Assembly (NCBI GenBank): GCA_963742755.1 | Contig: CAVUMU010000010.1 | Coordinates: 141,263-205,262, forward strand | Direction: 5' to 3' | DNA: 64,000 bases | Origin: an uncultured Gemmatimonadales bacterium | Lineage (GTDB): Bacteria > Gemmatimonadota > Gemmatimonadetes > Gemmatimonadales > GWC2-71-9 | Part shown: positions 1 through 10,580 of the stretch, piece by piece | How the letters are laid out: every line of letters starts with the position of its first letter | How positions within the stretch are numbered: the first letter of the stretch is position 1 | Program-made: the position numbers and the translations under genes | The notes under the pieces: model-generated | Databases searched by the model: none | Told to the model about the DNA's origin: nothing | Seen by the model: only the letters and a program-made list of their open reading frames with translations

Positions 1-46
1 AGGAATGTGGAGAGGGGCAAGAGTCATCGGCTACGAGGCCAACCTA

Positions 47-73
47 GCCGTCCTCGCCGTCATTGCCGTCCTC
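47..73. repeat. 9-mer tandem repeat (GCCGTCCTC-like x3)
   Basis: gccgtcctc gccgtcatt gccgtcctc directly after the stop of the 74..1099 gene. Confidence 0.6.
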
Positions 74-1099
74 TCATGGCCGGCAGGCGGGCGGCGGCGC
101 GTCTCCAAAGACCGGGAGGAAGCTGGTGCAGAGAAGTCCGTTGTACCGTGCCGCGCTGTCGTACACCCCGCGGACCTCGGTGACCCACACCGACCCACCC
201 TGGCGGGTGGCGGCGAGCAGCTCGGTCACAGAGAGGGCTTCGGGGCCGGGCGGCACCGGGCGGCTCACTCTGGCCAGGCGAGACACCGTCCAGGTGAGTG
301 CGGGGGCCGCGGCGCTGTCGGCCGTCGGCGACAGGCAGAGTGTCCGGCGGGCGGCGACGCCGGCCAGGGCGTTCCGAATCGGGAGCCCTGGATCGGTCTC
401 CATGGCTTCCGCCATCCGGCGGCGATAGAGGGAGTCGGTGGCGTACCGCGCCGGCCGGAGCGACAGGATTCCCCGGGCGCGCTGATCCGCGTGGTCATAC
501 CAGACCGAGAGCGCCTCGAGATCGGTCCCCACCAGAAGCACTCCGCCGGCGGGGCACGAGGCTAGAAGATTGGCGCCAAGCTCGATGATGAAGGGGGGCA
601 TCGGAGGGGCATCGGAGGCCAGCCGCGTTCCAGTAGCGTTCCAACCCGAGTCCTCCAGGAACACGACCGAGCGCTCCAGCTCCGCGAGACCGCGAAACAC
701 GGTGCCGGAATCCACCGAGAGCCGGATCGCCTGATCGAATGCGGTGGCGGCGAAGTCCAAATACAGAAGGCCATCGGGATCGCCCCGGTGGCCCTGGAGG
801 TGCCAGTCACGCGCGTCGAGAAGGTAGAAGCGGCCGAGCTGGAACCAGGCTCGTCCGTCGTCGGGGGCGGTGGCGAGATAGCGGCCGAGGAGGCCGATGG
901 CCATCCGGCGCTCTCCGGCCCGCTCGAGTGCCGCGGCCCGGGGCGCCACGTTGGGGTCGACCGCAGCCTGCCCTCGGGCTTCGGCGGTGAAGGCGGCAGA
1001 CGCGATGGTGAGGGCTGCCGCGCCGGTGCGCGAGAGGCGGAGCACCGGGTTAGCTCGGGGTGTCAACCATGGGAGTCGGGCCTGAAACATGTGTGACAA
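74..1099 (-). CDS. Secreted hypothetical protein, TPR-like N-terminus plus a domain resembling the DUF2723 periplasmic region
   Basis: Signal-peptide-like AAALTIASAAFTAEARGQ; TPR-like PDDGRAWFQLGRFY; NLLASCPAGGVLLVGTDLEALSVWY motif. True start probably somewhat downstream of 1099. Confidence 0.7.
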   Translation of the reverse strand: MSHMFQARLPWLTPRANPVLRLSRTGAAALTIASAAFTAEARGQAAVDPNVAPRAAALERAGERRMAIGLLGRYLATAPDDGRAWFQLGRFYLLDARDWHLQGHRGDPDGLLYLDFAATAFDQAIRLSVDSGTVFRGLAELERSVVFLEDSGWNATGTRLASDAPPMPPFIIELGANLLASCPAGGVLLVGTDLEALSVWYDHADQRARGILSLRPARYATDSLYRRRMAEAMETDPGLPIRNALAGVAARRTLCLSPTADSAAAPALTWTVSRLARVSRPVPPGPEALSVTELLAATRQGGSVWVTEVRGVYDSAARYNGLLCTSFLPVFGDAPPPACRP

Positions 1100-1176
1100 A
1101 AATGGCTCAAGGGCCTGGAGTTAGCTAGTAGGGGACGTCGGTGCGGGTTGGGCCTGCACCGGGAGGCCGAACCGGC

Positions 1177-1351
1177 AGGAGTCGGGGAGTCGGGAGCCAG
1201 GATCTTGAGGCACCGGCCCAGTCATCGCGAGCGGGCCAACGGCCTGCGCGGCAATCCCGCGGCTCTCGCGTTTCCGGTCTGGATTGCTTCGCGGCCCCGC
1301 CCCCTCGCAGAGACTCCAGTTCGGAGCCTCCCAGCTGCCCGCTCCCGGCTC
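1177..1351. repeat. REP-like palindromic element flanked by inverted GGGAGYC heptamer arrays
   Basis: gtcatcgcgag...gcggcaatcc (from 1221) pairs imperfectly with ggattgcttcgc...ctcgcagagac (to 1314); gggagtc/gggagcc on the left, ctcccag/ctcccgg on the right. Confidence 0.6.
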
Positions 1352-1354
1352 ACG

Positions 1355-2711
1355 TTCGCAGCGGTGGATTTGGATCGAACCACGGGCCACTCATCACCGT
1401 CGCGCTCCTGGTGCCGATGTGTTCCGCTTGAGGCAAAGTGGGTCAATAGAGCCGTGGGATGGAACGTCTACCGCAGCGCCAATCGTTAGCGGGATTGCGG
1501 GTCTCCTCCTATCGTTTGACAACACCCTTCAAGCCAACGACCTCAAGTCTCTCATAGTTGACGGTGCCAATGCCGGTGGCTGGAAAGCGACGAGAAAAGC
1601 GGGCGGGGACCAATACATGATCGTCAATGCATACGAGTCCCTGAAATTGGCGGCGATGCACCCGGGCGCGCCCCTCTGCGGCAACCGGATCTGGGCCAAT
1701 GCGGGTATCGTCTATGCCAACCGAGCCGACGGACCCGAGGCTCTGTTCGCACCGCCAGCCGGCGAGCGTGGAGCATTCGCCCTGGCCGCGCACCACGGGG
1801 GCCGGCAGATCGACATGCTGGGCTGGAGCAGCCCCAACCTGGCCTATACCCTCTCCGGGACTCAATGGTCCCAGAGCTCGGAAGTGCCACAAATTCCCAA
1901 CGATCAGAGCGGTGTTTCCAACTCGATGTGGGGACTGTCGCACGACGGCAGGCAAGAGGCGTTCATCGATGGATAGGCGTTCAGCAATGACATCCTGAGA
2001 GTCCTGCACGCCGATACAACCGGGACCGTCACGCAGCTCGGTTGGGACATTTCACTGCCGCACCTCCCGGATTGGTCCGACACCTTATGCGTTTGGAAGC
2101 AGGGGGGCGCCTGCGCTCATTTGCCGGGCGGAACAAAGGATGAGCGGTGGACAAGCTGGGCAGTGGCGTATTCTCCAACTGGCGATCACGCCGTCGCGGT
2201 CGTGTATAGTTGGCGCACCACCATGACCGAAGGCGGTGGTGCCTTCAGCCCATGCCCCTGGTCGGTGGACGACCCCGAGTCCGGGGAGCCGTCCGACTTG
2301 TGCCTGCCGTCGTATCACACGGAGAAGCATGCGCTAAAGGCAGAGCTGTGGGATTATCCGCTTCCCAATGGGCCGGCGAGGCGCATCATCGAGCTCCCCA
2401 ACACCATCGTGGAGGGTGTCGCCATATCGGAGGACGGCACCCAACTCATCCTCAGTGAAGGGATGAGAGAGGAAAGCTGGGACGCACTGCCGGGTGGCAG
2501 CGAGGCCGGTAACCAAGGCTTTTTTATCACTGCCGATCATCGGGTATCAACCGCCAGTTGCATGATCACCTACCGTTCGTTGGCCACCGGCGTGGTGATC
2601 CAGCCAACCATACCAGCGGTCTACGCTTGCGACCTGCCAGTGGCGACGACGGCGGCGGTGATCGCCAAATCCATCAAGGGGGCGCGCTCGAGGATGCCAC
2701 ACAGGCATTAG
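1355..2711 (+). pseudogene. Subtilase (peptidase S8) family pseudogene, 5'-truncated
   Basis: GSNHGPLITVA|APGADV split by a frameshift near 1403; catalytic-Ser motif GTSTAAPIVSGIAGLL; in-frame TAG at 1974-1976 with the same frame open to 2711; no Asp/His catalytic motifs upstream. Confidence 0.8.
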
Positions 2712-2803
2712 TGATTGTTCACGCCCTGAGGATGAGGGGGTCAGGCGGCCTCCGACCTCATGATTGGATTGCAGTTTCTACCTAGGCCCGAAATGGAGGT
2801 TTA

Positions 2804-3280
2804 ATGTACGCAGAGTTCCGGTGCGTCCGACTCGCAAATACGGTTCGAATCGCTGGCCTGGTCTTCCTTTCGAGTTGTGCGGCGAACCAAAAGCCGGGGA
2901 TTATTCCCGACCTGAAGGCGGGCAAGCCGATCTGCCTGACGATGGACTGGGGGCAGAGCGAGCGGCCCGGCTTTTCGGGCCGGCCCGCTCCGGACACGCT
3001 CTTGCTTCTTCCCGAGCGCGAAGGGCGGCCCGGCATCCCAGCGGACGCTGATTCCCGGGGGATGATCCGGCTCGCTCCCAGTCAACGGGACCGCGAGGGT
3101 GGCGGTTGGACCTGGTGGACGAAGGCCGACACCCTGGCGATCAGCGGCTGGGACGTCACTGAAGAGCACCTGGCCATACAGGCCGAGAAAGCGGATGCAT
3201 CAGGCGCGGCTAAGTGGGCGGAAGCAATGAGCGGCAGACAGGGTACCGTCACTCTCCAGCCCTATAAGTGCACACCGTGA
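2804..3280 (+). CDS. Hypothetical lipoprotein
   Basis: GGAGGT RBS before ATG; lipobox-like VFLSSC. Confidence 0.65.
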   Translation: MYAEFRCVRLANTVRIAGLVFLSSCAANQKPGIIPDLKAGKPICLTMDWGQSERPGFSGRPAPDTLLLLPEREGRPGIPADADSRGMIRLAPSQRDREGGGWTWWTKADTLAISGWDVTEEHLAIQAEKADASGAAKWAEAMSGRQGTVTLQPYKCTP

Positions 3281-3317
3281 GAGCGGGCGCTGATGCTCGC
3301 GTCAGCGTATGAGGTGA

Positions 3318-3720
3318 GAGTGTGGGCTTCAGAAGCGAGAGCGCGTCATAGTCCGGGACTCGGCGGCGTGGGCCAACATGTGGCCTCGGCTCACCGAGAC
3401 GCGGGGCCGCCCGCTGGGCCCTCCAAGCAGTTGGATTCGATTCCAGCATCGTCGGGGTGGTATCCACGGGCTCCACCGGCGCCGGGCACTCAATCCGAAT
3501 CGACAGCGCCGTGGTGAGCGGCGCGGATATGGAGATCCATGTGCGAGAAACAAGGGTCGAGGTCTGCAACCAAAGCGATCTGATGATGCGGTTCCCCGCG
3601 CATGCGGTCCGGGTGGTGCGCACGGCCGGGGAGACCCGTTCGATTCGTGGAGGACTCCACGGTCAGTCGGTGCCCACGACCCTAGGGAGCTGGGAGCTCG
3701 GAGCTGGGAGCTGGGGCTGA
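3318..3720 (+). pseudogene. PrcB C-terminal-domain family pseudogene
   Basis: One frame gives RVIVRDSAAWANMW...GPP, then after a frameshift near 3425 AVGFDSSIVGVVSTGSTGAGHSIRIDS...FPAHAVRV; TGA at 3315-3317 upstream. Confidence 0.6.
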
Positions 3721-3778
3721 GAGCTAGGAACTGAGCGGCAGGCCGGGCCCTGCCAGGCTCCGGGCTCCTACTCCCAGC

Positions 3779-3780
<2 letters not shown>
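3685..3780. repeat. Heptamer GGGAGCT tandem array with inverted partner
   Basis: gggagct gggagct cggagct gggagct ggggct gagagct aggaact ... ctcctac tcccagctc between convergent genes. Confidence 0.75.
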
Positions 3781-5332
<1,552 letters not shown>

Positions 5333-5349
5333 CGGGGGGGAAGATAGTT

Positions 5350-5378
5350 GGCAGCGGGTCAGCGGGGCAGCGGGGCAG
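5350..5378. repeat. 8-mer GGCAGCGG tandem repeat
   Basis: ggcagcgg gtcagcgg ggcagcgg ggcag. Confidence 0.55.
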
Positions 5379-5456
5379 TCTTCGCCACTTGCCCTTTTCG
5401 GAATCACTAGACACTCTCCGGGTTCACGCCCATTCGATTCCCCCGCCGGAGGTGGT

Positions 5457-5975
5457 ATGCGTCCCTCGCGTCGCTGGTCTCTCCTTGCCGCCGCGCTCTT
5501 CCTCCCCTCCCTCGTTTCCGCTCAACAGCGGGGCATAGAGATCGGCCTCGACGGTGGGTTCCAGTACTCGGTCGACGCCGACGTGCTCGCCATCTCGATA
5601 CCCTTCCAGCGTGTACGTGCCGCGTTCCCGTCGGGCGAGAGGTTGGCATTCGAGCCGGCGCTGTCGCTCACCCGACTCTCCTCGAACGGCGAGTCGTTCA
5701 CCATACTCGCATTGGAGCTCGGGGCGCTCTACAACTTCGCCGCCGACCGGCGCAACACCTACGTTCGTCCGTTTGCCGGACTCCAGTACACGGATGACAG
5801 CTTCTCCGACGCCACCACCGGGGTCGACCTGGGCATCGGCGTCGGCTCCCGTTCACGCATCGCCGACCGGCTGGCCGTTCGGTACGAGATAACCGCGACC
5901 GGCAGCTTCCCCGAGGGCGGGGGCGCAGACGCGCTGCTCGGCGCGTCGGTCGGGCTATCGTTTTTCACGAGGTAG
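5457..5975 (+). CDS. Outer membrane beta-barrel protein
   Basis: GGAGGT RBS; signal peptide ending VSA-QQ; amphipathic strands; C-terminal VGLSFFTR. Confidence 0.8.
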   Translation: MRPSRRWSLLAAALFLPSLVSAQQRGIEIGLDGGFQYSVDADVLAISIPFQRVRAAFPSGERLAFEPALSLTRLSSNGESFTILALELGALYNFAADRRNTYVRPFAGLQYTDDSFSDATTGVDLGIGVGSRSRIADRLAVRYEITATGSFPEGGGADALLGASVGLSFFTR

Positions 5976-5980
5976 TGACG

Positions 5981-6075
5981 TCGGCGGGGCGGCGGAGGGA
6001 GGGGACGGAGGAAATGAAACGGGCGGCTGGACCTTTCGATCCCGCCGCCCTTCCGTCTTCTCCGCCTTCTCCGTC
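5981..6075. terminator. Possible bidirectional terminator within inverted 9-mer repeats
   Basis: gggcggc...gccgccc stem (6021-6050) flanked by ggacggagg and ttccgtctt/ctccgcctt/ctccgtcct, between convergent genes. Confidence 0.45.
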
Positions 6076-7803
6076 CTATTCCGTCGCTGCGCTCTCTTCG
6101 TACGCCGGAGGCTTGACCGGCGGAATGATCGGCTCGTCGGGATAGTTGATGACGGCAAGCACGATGCGATGATGGATCGGATCGACCTCCAGCACCTTGA
6201 GGTCCACCGGCTGGCCTTCCTTCACCGCGTCGCCCGGGTTCTCGATGTTGGGCACGCCGAGCTGTGACATCGGCACGAAGCCTTCGATGTCGTTGCCCAG
6301 GTCCACCACCACGCCCTTGTCCATCAGGCGCACGGCGCGGCCCCGAAGCTCCATCCCGATAGGATAGGTCTCGCCGATCTTGAGCCAGGGGTCTTCCTCG
6401 GCCTGCTTGAGCCCGAGCGAGATCCGCTTGTTCTCGGCATCGATGTTGAGGATTACCACGTCCACTGCGTCGCCCTTCTTCACCACCTCGGACGGATGCT
6501 GTACCCGCTTGGTCCACGACATATCGGAGATATGAATCAGGCCGTCTATGCCCGGCTCGATCTCCACGAAGGCGCCAAAGCTGGTGAGGTTCCGCACCTT
6601 GCCGTTGATGCGGGTGCCGATGGGATACTTGAGCGGCAGCACCATCCACGGATCCTGCTCCGTCTGCTTCATGCCGAGCGAGATCTTCTCCTCGGCCTCG
6701 TCCACCTTGAGCACCACGGCCTCGATGGTCTCGCCGATGCTCACGATCTTCGATGGATGGCGGACGTTGCGGGTCCAGCTCATCTCCGAGATGTGGACCA
6801 GGCCCTCGATGCCCGGCTCGATCTCGACGAACGCCCCGTAGTTGGTAATCGAGACCACCTTGCCCTGGACCCGGGTGCCGACCGGGTACTTGGCCGCCAC
6901 GTTCTGCCAGGGATAGGACTGGAGCTGCTTCATGCCCAGGCTGATCCGCTCCCGCTGCCAGTCGATGTCCAGGATCTTGACTTCGACTTCCTTGCCGATG
7001 GTGACCATCTCGGTCGGGTGGGACACTCGGCCGTAGGACATGTCGGTGATATGCAGCAGGCCGTCCACCCCCCCCAGGTCGATGAAGGCGCCGAAGTCGG
7101 TGATGTTCTTGACCACGCCCTTCCGCACCTGGCCGACGGCGAGCTCCTTCATGAGGTGCTCGCGCTTGTGGGCCCGCTCGTTCTCCAGTATCACCCGGCG
7201 GCTGACCACGATGTTCCGGCGCCGCTTGTTGAGCTTGATGATCTTGAACTCGTAGGTCTGGCCCAGCAGCTCGTCGATGTTGGGCACCCGCCGGAGCGCA
7301 ATCTGGCTCCCGGGCAGGAACGCATCGACGCCCATGAGGTTCACCACCACGCCGCCCTTGATCTTCTTGACCAGGGTGCCTTCCACCGGCTGATCGCTCT
7401 CGTGGGCCACGCGGATCTTCTCCCAGACCCGCATGAAGTCGGCCTTCTTCTTCGACAGGACGACGGCGCCTTCCTGGTCCTCCAGGTGCTCGAGGAAGAC
7501 CTCGACCTCGTCGCCCTCTTTCAGGAGGTGCGGGTCCTTGAACTCATCCAGCGGCACCGACCCTTCAGACTTGAACCCGACATCCAGGATCACGGCGTTG
7601 TCGGTGACCCGGAGAACCTTGGACTTGACAATCTCGCCTTCGACGATCTGCGACATCGTGCCCTCGTACATCGAGAGCATCTGCTCGTAGTCGGCGTCGG
7701 AGTAGTCTTCGTCGTAGAGATCCTGGCGGACGCGCAGGCCGGTCTGGGAGATAAACTGATCGGTGGAGGGATTGAGTTGGTCGAGCATTCGAAGAAAGGC
7801 CAC
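6076..7803 (-). CDS. rpsA: 30S ribosomal protein S1
   Basis: Six S1 repeats (e.g. KNITDFGAFIDLGGVDGLLHITDMS); start may be ATG 7788. Confidence 0.97.
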   Translation of the reverse strand: MAFLRMLDQLNPSTDQFISQTGLRVRQDLYDEDYSDADYEQMLSMYEGTMSQIVEGEIVKSKVLRVTDNAVILDVGFKSEGSVPLDEFKDPHLLKEGDEVEVFLEHLEDQEGAVVLSKKKADFMRVWEKIRVAHESDQPVEGTLVKKIKGGVVVNLMGVDAFLPGSQIALRRVPNIDELLGQTYEFKIIKLNKRRRNIVVSRRVILENERAHKREHLMKELAVGQVRKGVVKNITDFGAFIDLGGVDGLLHITDMSYGRVSHPTEMVTIGKEVEVKILDIDWQRERISLGMKQLQSYPWQNVAAKYPVGTRVQGKVVSITNYGAFVEIEPGIEGLVHISEMSWTRNVRHPSKIVSIGETIEAVVLKVDEAEEKISLGMKQTEQDPWMVLPLKYPIGTRINGKVRNLTSFGAFVEIEPGIDGLIHISDMSWTKRVQHPSEVVKKGDAVDVVILNIDAENKRISLGLKQAEEDPWLKIGETYPIGMELRGRAVRLMDKGVVVDLGNDIEGFVPMSQLGVPNIENPGDAVKEGQPVDLKVLEVDPIHHRIVLAVINYPDEPIIPPVKPPAYEESAATE

Positions 7804-7978
7804 AGGGTTAGGGTAACCCGTGCTGCCGGCGGAAGCGCCAGCGACGGGAGCCTAGTAGGATAGCGCGGCAGGGCCTACAAGGCAACGTCTACCATGCGGT
7901 TGGCAGTTACCCCCAGGCTCCCTATCCTCCACCGCTGGGGAACGAGTTCTCACCTGCCGGCTGATCGAAGGAGTTTCC

Positions 7979-8158
7979 ATGAACCAGGCTGACGTTGTGT
8001 CTCTGATGGCTGCCACCATCTGCGCCGGTCTCCCCGAAAAAGCCAAGCCGACACACCCATCGGACAACGACCGCATCGCCATCCAGGCCTGGGACCTGTA
8101 CAACGCGGTGCAGGTTGCTTCCACCGAGGGTCTGAAGCGGCTGGCGGCTCGCCGGTAG
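7979..8158 (+). CDS. Small hypothetical protein, 59 aa (not in ORF track)
   Basis: AAGGAG RBS then ATG; MNQADVVSLMAATICAGLPEKAKPTHPSDNDRIAIQAWDLYNAVQVASTEGLKRLAARR; fills the cmk-rpsA gap. Confidence 0.65.
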   Translation: MNQADVVSLMAATICAGLPEKAKPTHPSDNDRIAIQAWDLYNAVQVASTEGLKRLAARR

Positions 8159-8179
8159 CGGCGGCCGGTACGGAGGTTG

Positions 8180-8923
8180 TCAGCGCCGGCGGAAGATCGG
8201 GCGGGCGCGCTCCACGATGAACCGGACCTGCTCCGGGAAGCCCATGGTCGTGGTGTCGAGGTGGACGGCATCCTCCGCCGGCCGGAGCGGCGCTACCGCC
8301 CGGGTGGAGTCGGCGTGGTCGCGGGCGGCCAATGCCGCGGCTTCGGCATCGAGACCTTCGGGCTGCACGGCATCGCCGCGCTGGCTGAGGCGGCGGCCGG
8401 CCCGCGCCTCCGGTGACGCGGTCAAAAAGATCTTCAGATCGGCATCCGGGAACACCACCGTTCCGATGTCGCGCCCGTCCACCACCACATTCTGGCCGGC
8501 CCGCACCATCGCTCGCAAGCGACCATTGATCCACTCACGCACCACCGGGATGGCCGAGACGGCGGAGACCCGCGACGTGACCTCGTCGGATCTCAGCGCT
8601 TCGTCCACCGGCTCCCCCTCCAGGTAGGCGGCAAAGCCTGCCCCGTCCGGCTGGAGCATCAGCCCCCGGTCTTCCGCGGCCCGGAGCAAGGTCTCCGGCG
8701 CCAGATCGCGGGCTGGGTCGTTCCCCCGGTTCCCTTGCCGCGCCAGCTCGCGCAGCCCCACCAGCGTCATCCCACGGTACAGGGTACCGGAGTCGAGATG
8801 GGCAAACCCCAAGGCATCGGCAACCGCGCGAGCGGTACTCGATTTGCCCGAGGCCGAGGGTCCGTCAATCGCAATGACGCCGCCGGAAAACTGAGACTCG
8901 ATCGCCAGGCTCTGCTCTCCCAT
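8180..8923 (-). CDS. cmk: Cytidylate kinase
   Basis: IAIDGPSASGKSS P-loop, LDSGTLYR, DGRDIGTVVFPDA, RDHADSTR. Confidence 0.96.
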   Translation of the reverse strand: MGEQSLAIESQFSGGVIAIDGPSASGKSSTARAVADALGFAHLDSGTLYRGMTLVGLRELARQGNRGNDPARDLAPETLLRAAEDRGLMLQPDGAGFAAYLEGEPVDEALRSDEVTSRVSAVSAIPVVREWINGRLRAMVRAGQNVVVDGRDIGTVVFPDADLKIFLTASPEARAGRRLSQRGDAVQPEGLDAEAAALAARDHADSTRAVAPLRPAEDAVHLDTTTMGFPEQVRFIVERARPIFRRR

Positions 8924-8986
8924 GGATGTACCTTAATCAAGAATTCTCGCGACAGTCCACTCCACCCCGGGGAGGAAGGAAACGAC

Positions 8987-9331
8987 TTGCGACACCGGAT
9001 CTTCGTTGGCTATGTGGCGCTCATGGTGCTGGTGTTTCTGGCCCCGGTGCCCTCGACTCCTCTGGCGGACTCAACCCACGTCGACAAGCTGGTTCATTTC
9101 GGAGTCTTCCTGGGATTCGCTCTGCTCCTGCACGTGGATCGAGCACCGGCGGTATGGTGGACGCTCCTCATCTCCTTCGCGTTCGCGGCGGCCATCGAGC
9201 TGGTGCAGTCAGCCCTGCCCTACCGTGAGGGTGATGCATGGGATTTCGTGGCCGGTGCCGCTGGAGCCACCGTGGGCGTCATTCTCATGCTCGGGATCGA
9301 GCGCCGTGGCCGCCGCGCTGCCCCGGGCTGA
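8987..9331 (+). CDS. VanZ-like family membrane protein
   Basis: DKLVHFGVF and IELVQSALPYREGDAWDFVA motifs; GGAGGAAGG before TTG. Confidence 0.8.
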   Translation: MRHRIFVGYVALMVLVFLAPVPSTPLADSTHVDKLVHFGVFLGFALLLHVDRAPAVWWTLLISFAFAAAIELVQSALPYREGDAWDFVAGAAGATVGVILMLGIERRGRRAAPG

Positions 9332-10580
9332 TCGCCTTCAAGGTCTGAGGAAACCCGGGAAAGCTCACCGCGGCACACGCCATGTCATCGATCGTGATTC
9401 GCGCTCCCGGCACCAGGCCGAGCACCGCAAAGGCCATGGCCAGCCGGTGATCGCCGGCGCTGCGCACTTTCCCGCGGGGAACGCGATCGCTTCCCTCCAC
9501 CACCAGATCGTCGCCCACTACCCCGGCCTCGGCACCAACCGCTCGAAGATTCTCCGCGATCAGCCCTAGCCGGTCGCTCTCCTTGACCCGGAGCTCGCCC
9601 ACCTGCCGGAAGGTGGTGGTGCCGGAAGCTCGAGACGCCAGCACCGCGAGGAGGGGAATCTCATCGATCAACCCGGGGATCTCTCCTGCAGCCACCTCGG
9701 TGCCCCGGAGCGATGCCGGCCGGACAACGAGGTCGCCTACCGGTTCTCCAAAGCGATCCCCCTGGTTTTCGAGCTGAACAGCCGCGCCCATACGGGTGAG
9801 GACGTCCAGGAACCCGGTCCGGGTAGGGTTCACCCCCACCGCGGAGATCAGGAGCTCACCCGCTTCCGCCAGGGTAGCGGCACCCACGAGGAATGCGGCC
9901 GACGACGGGTCGCCGGGCACCTGGATGTCGAACGGTTCCAGATGTCCGCCGGACGTGAAGTGAATCCAGCCATCTTCCTCCGCCACGCCATAGCCGAACG
10001 CCCGCAAGAGCCGCTCGGTGTGGTCCCGAGAGCGGCCATGCGGCTCCCGGAGGGCGACGTCTACTTCTCCGGCCATGCCGGCGAGCAGTATCGCGCTCTT
10101 GATCTGGGCGCTGGAGACGGGCATCTCGTAGCGGAGCGGCCGCAGCCGCGCTCCTCTGACGGTGAGAGGCAGGCCGTCACCGTTTCTCTCAGTGAAGTGG
10201 GCACCCATGGACGCCAGCGGAACCGTGACCCGGCGCATCGGGCGGCGGCGCAGCGATCGATCTCCAGTCAGAGTGGCGGTGAACCGGTGCGCGGACAGGA
10301 GACCCAGAAGGAGGCGGGTGGTCGTGCCGGAGTTCCCACAAAAGAGCGGCCCTTCAGGGCGGCGGAACTTGCCCCTGCCCCGCACCGTCACCGGCACACC
10401 GGGCCTGAGCGGCGACAGCTCGGCCCCGAGTTGTCGCAGCACTCGCGCACTCGAGCGGGCATCGAGCGAGGTGAGCGCTCCGCCGATGTGACTGGTTCCC
10501 CGGGTCAGCGCGGCGAGAAGGAGGACTCGGTGGGTGATGCTTTTGTCTCCGGGTACCCGAACGCTGCCGGCGACCTTCAT
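9285..10580 (-). CDS. aroA: 3-phosphoshikimate 1-carboxyvinyltransferase (EPSP synthase)
   Basis: PGDKSITHR, CGNSGTTTRL, RRPMRRV, SSAQIKSA, RDHTER, ELRVKESDR, DHRLAM. Confidence 0.97.
   Translation of the reverse strand: MKVAGSVRVPGDKSITHRVLLLAALTRGTSHIGGALTSLDARSSARVLRQLGAELSPLRPGVPVTVRGRGKFRRPEGPLFCGNSGTTTRLLLGLLSAHRFTATLTGDRSLRRRPMRRVTVPLASMGAHFTERNGDGLPLTVRGARLRPLRYEMPVSSAQIKSAILLAGMAGEVDVALREPHGRSRDHTERLLRAFGYGVAEEDGWIHFTSGGHLEPFDIQVPGDPSSAAFLVGAATLAEAGELLISAVGVNPTRTGFLDVLTRMGAAVQLENQGDRFGEPVGDLVVRPASLRGTEVAAGEIPGLIDEIPLLAVLASRASGTTTFRQVGELRVKESDRLGLIAENLRAVGAEAGVVGDDLVVEGSDRVPRGKVRSAGDHRLAMAFAVLGLVPGARITIDDMACAAVSFPGFPQTLKAISPGQRGGHGARSRA

Noticed and set aside
1..27. Start of a minus-strand gene (MTLAPLHIP) at the window edge
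   Set aside because: Only nine codons are visible, too little to support a call
1974..1976. In-frame TAG as pyrrolysine or programmed read-through
   Set aside because: The same gene has a frameshift and lacks its 5' half, no pyl genes are in the window, and TAG ends many normal genes here
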